The notes under the pieces were generated by a model. It did no database searches. It had not been told where the DNA came from and worked only from the letters and a program-made list of their open reading frames with translations. A stretch of DNA of 64,000 nucleotides from positions 6,875 to 70,874 of the forward strand of contig JBEKJG010000001.1 in assembly GCA_050011355.1 (NCBI GenBank), read 5' to 3'. Shown here piece by piece: positions 62,943-64,000 of the stretch (position 1 is the first letter of the stretch; each line of letters opens with the position of its first letter). The translations under genes were made by a program, and so were the position numbers. The stretch comes from Thermoplasmata archaeon. Lineage in GTDB: Archaea > Thermoplasmatota > Thermoplasmata > Lutacidiplasmatales > UBA184.

Positions 62943-64000
62943 ATGACGGAGGTCCCTCCTCCGCCGGCGCTCGCGCCGCGGGCCGTGACCCGGGCCACGG
63001 TCCTCCTCATCGCGCTCCGGATCGGGTACGCGTACAACTGGTTCGACGTCGGCCCCGGTCTCCCCGCGATCGGTGCGCAGTTCGGGGTCGGGGTCGCCGA
63101 CTGGGGCCTGTTGATCGCCTCGTTCCTCGTCGGTGCCGGGCTGTTCCAGGTGCCGGCGGGTCTGCTCGCCCGGCGCTACGGCTCGCGCGGGGTCTCGCTG
63201 CTCGGGACCGGGCTGCTCGCGATCGGGGGCCTCGGAAGCGCCTTCGCTCCCGATTTCGCCGCGCTGCTCGCCCTCCGCCTGCTCGCGGGGATCGGGGCCG
63301 GACTGTTCTTCTCCCCGGCGATCGGCCTCGTGGCGAGCCTGTACCCCGAGGGGCGGCGCGGCGTTCCGGTCGGGACGTTCAGCTCGGCGTTCAGCGCCGG
63401 GGCAGCGCTCGGGATCCTCGGCAGCTCGGCCCTCGTTCCCCTGGTCGGTTGGCGATGGTCGCTCGCGGTGGGCGGACTCGCGCTGGGGCTCATCGCGCTC
63501 GCCGCCTGGGCCGGGATCCCCCGCGAGGCGGGTCGTCCGGCGCCGACCCCGCCGGCCTCGGGCATTCCGAGCGCGCTGCGGTTCCGGGGAACCTGGGCCG
63601 TCGGGCTCGCGTTCATCGGGCTCGAGGGCGCCTCGTTCGCCACCGGCCAGTTCATCGTGCCGTACGGCGAGACGGTGCTCGGCTGGGCGGCGCTCCTCGC
63701 GGGCGGCGTCGGGATGATGTTCGTCCTGCCGAGCGTCGTCGGCGGACCACTCGGGGGGTCGGTCGCCGAGCGGCACTCCAACCACCGGACGCAGTTCGTG
63801 GTCGTGACGGTCATCGCCGCCGCCGTGCTGCTCGCCCTCCCCGTCGCGGGGTGGGTCGTCGCGATCGCGATCGGGACGGTCTTCTCGTTCGGCTACGGCG
63901 TGATCTACGCGGTGATGTACGTGCTCCCGCACTACTGGCGGACGGTCCCGTCGGCGGAGATCCCGCTCGCGATCGGGCTGTTCAACTCGATCCAGCTCGC
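62943..64000 (+). CDS. MFS transporter (partial; runs off the 3' end of the window, so absent from the ORF track)
   Basis: My own translation from the ATG at 62943 gives MTEVPPPPALAPRAVTRATVLLIALRIGYAYNWFDVGPGLPAIGAQFGVGVADWGLLIASFLVGAGLFQVPAGLLARRYGSRGVSLLGTGLLAIGGLGSAFAP...LRLLAGIGAGLFFSPAIGLV... These are typical MFS TM1-TM4 with a G-x-L-a-d-R-x-G-x-R-like loop. The frame stays open to nt 64000. Confidence 0.75.
   Translation, partial: MTEVPPPPALAPRAVTRATVLLIALRIGYAYNWFDVGPGLPAIGAQFGVGVADWGLLIASFLVGAGLFQVPAGLLARRYGSRGVSLLGTGLLAIGGLGSAFAPDFAALLALRLLAGIGAGLFFSPAIGLVASLYPEGRRGVPVGTFSSAFSAGAALGILGSSALVPLVGWRWSLAVGGLALGLIALAAWAGIPREAGRPAPTPPASGIPSALRFRGTWAVGLAFIGLEGASFATGQFIVPYGETVLGWAALLAGGVGMMFVLPSVVGGPLGGSVAERHSNHRTQFVVVTVIAAAVLLALPVAGWVVAIAIGTVFSFGYGVIYAVMYVLPHYWRTVPSAEIPLAIGLFNSIQL

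Noticed and set aside
60898-63932. ORFs 60898..62946 (+) and 62421..63932 (-), of 682 and 503 aa.
   Set aside because: The first is antisense to alaS. The second is antisense to alaS and to the MFS transporter frame that I translated from 62943. Both are Arg/Pro/Glu/Gly-rich.

Overview
This is a high-GC (about two-thirds G+C by eye), gene-dense chromosomal segment that looks archaeal. The archaeal calls rest on a split GMP synthase (ATP-pyrophosphatase subunit only), an archaeal-type AlaRS, a multi-subunit pyruvate:ferredoxin oxidoreductase, a tRNA without encoded CCA, and TTAAGG/TTTATA-like boxes about 25-35 nt upstream of start codons. The sedolisin, the thermopsin-like surface modules and the zinc-ribbon membrane proteins suggest an uncultured Thermoplasmatota-like lineage, but that is inference only. 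I support about 59 protein-coding genes and one tRNA-Val(CAC). I saw no rRNA, CRISPR array, transposase or integrase.

Content, in order:
- Large N-glycosylation-sequon-rich surface proteins (YVTN beta-propeller, Kelch).
- VOC/glyoxalase enzymes.
- An HTH_10 regulator next to a P-loop-less RecA/KaiC-like protein.
- An M1 aminopeptidase and a MacB-type ABC exporter.
- GNATs, a sedolisin protease, Amt, NDH-2 and an NDP-sugar pyrophosphorylase.
- A coupled class-III aminotransferase/Zn-ADH pair.
- purA, and porGD-porA-porB followed on the same strand by thrC.
- A DUF4129/MoxR/DUF58 operon.
- A gltD-like gene, purE, guaA(B), a KaiC/GvpD-like ATPase, alaS and a partial MFS transporter.

Because of the GC content, every real gene is shadowed by long Arg/Pro/Gly-rich off-frame or antisense ORFs. 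I rejected those.

The best candidate for an undescribed system is the translationally coupled three-gene operon at 49645-53406. It encodes a kinase-fold-like soluble protein, a 507-aa helical protein with a His/Gly/aromatic tail, and a surface protein with a cytoplasmic zinc ribbon.

All family assignments come from motifs read by eye. No database search was run.
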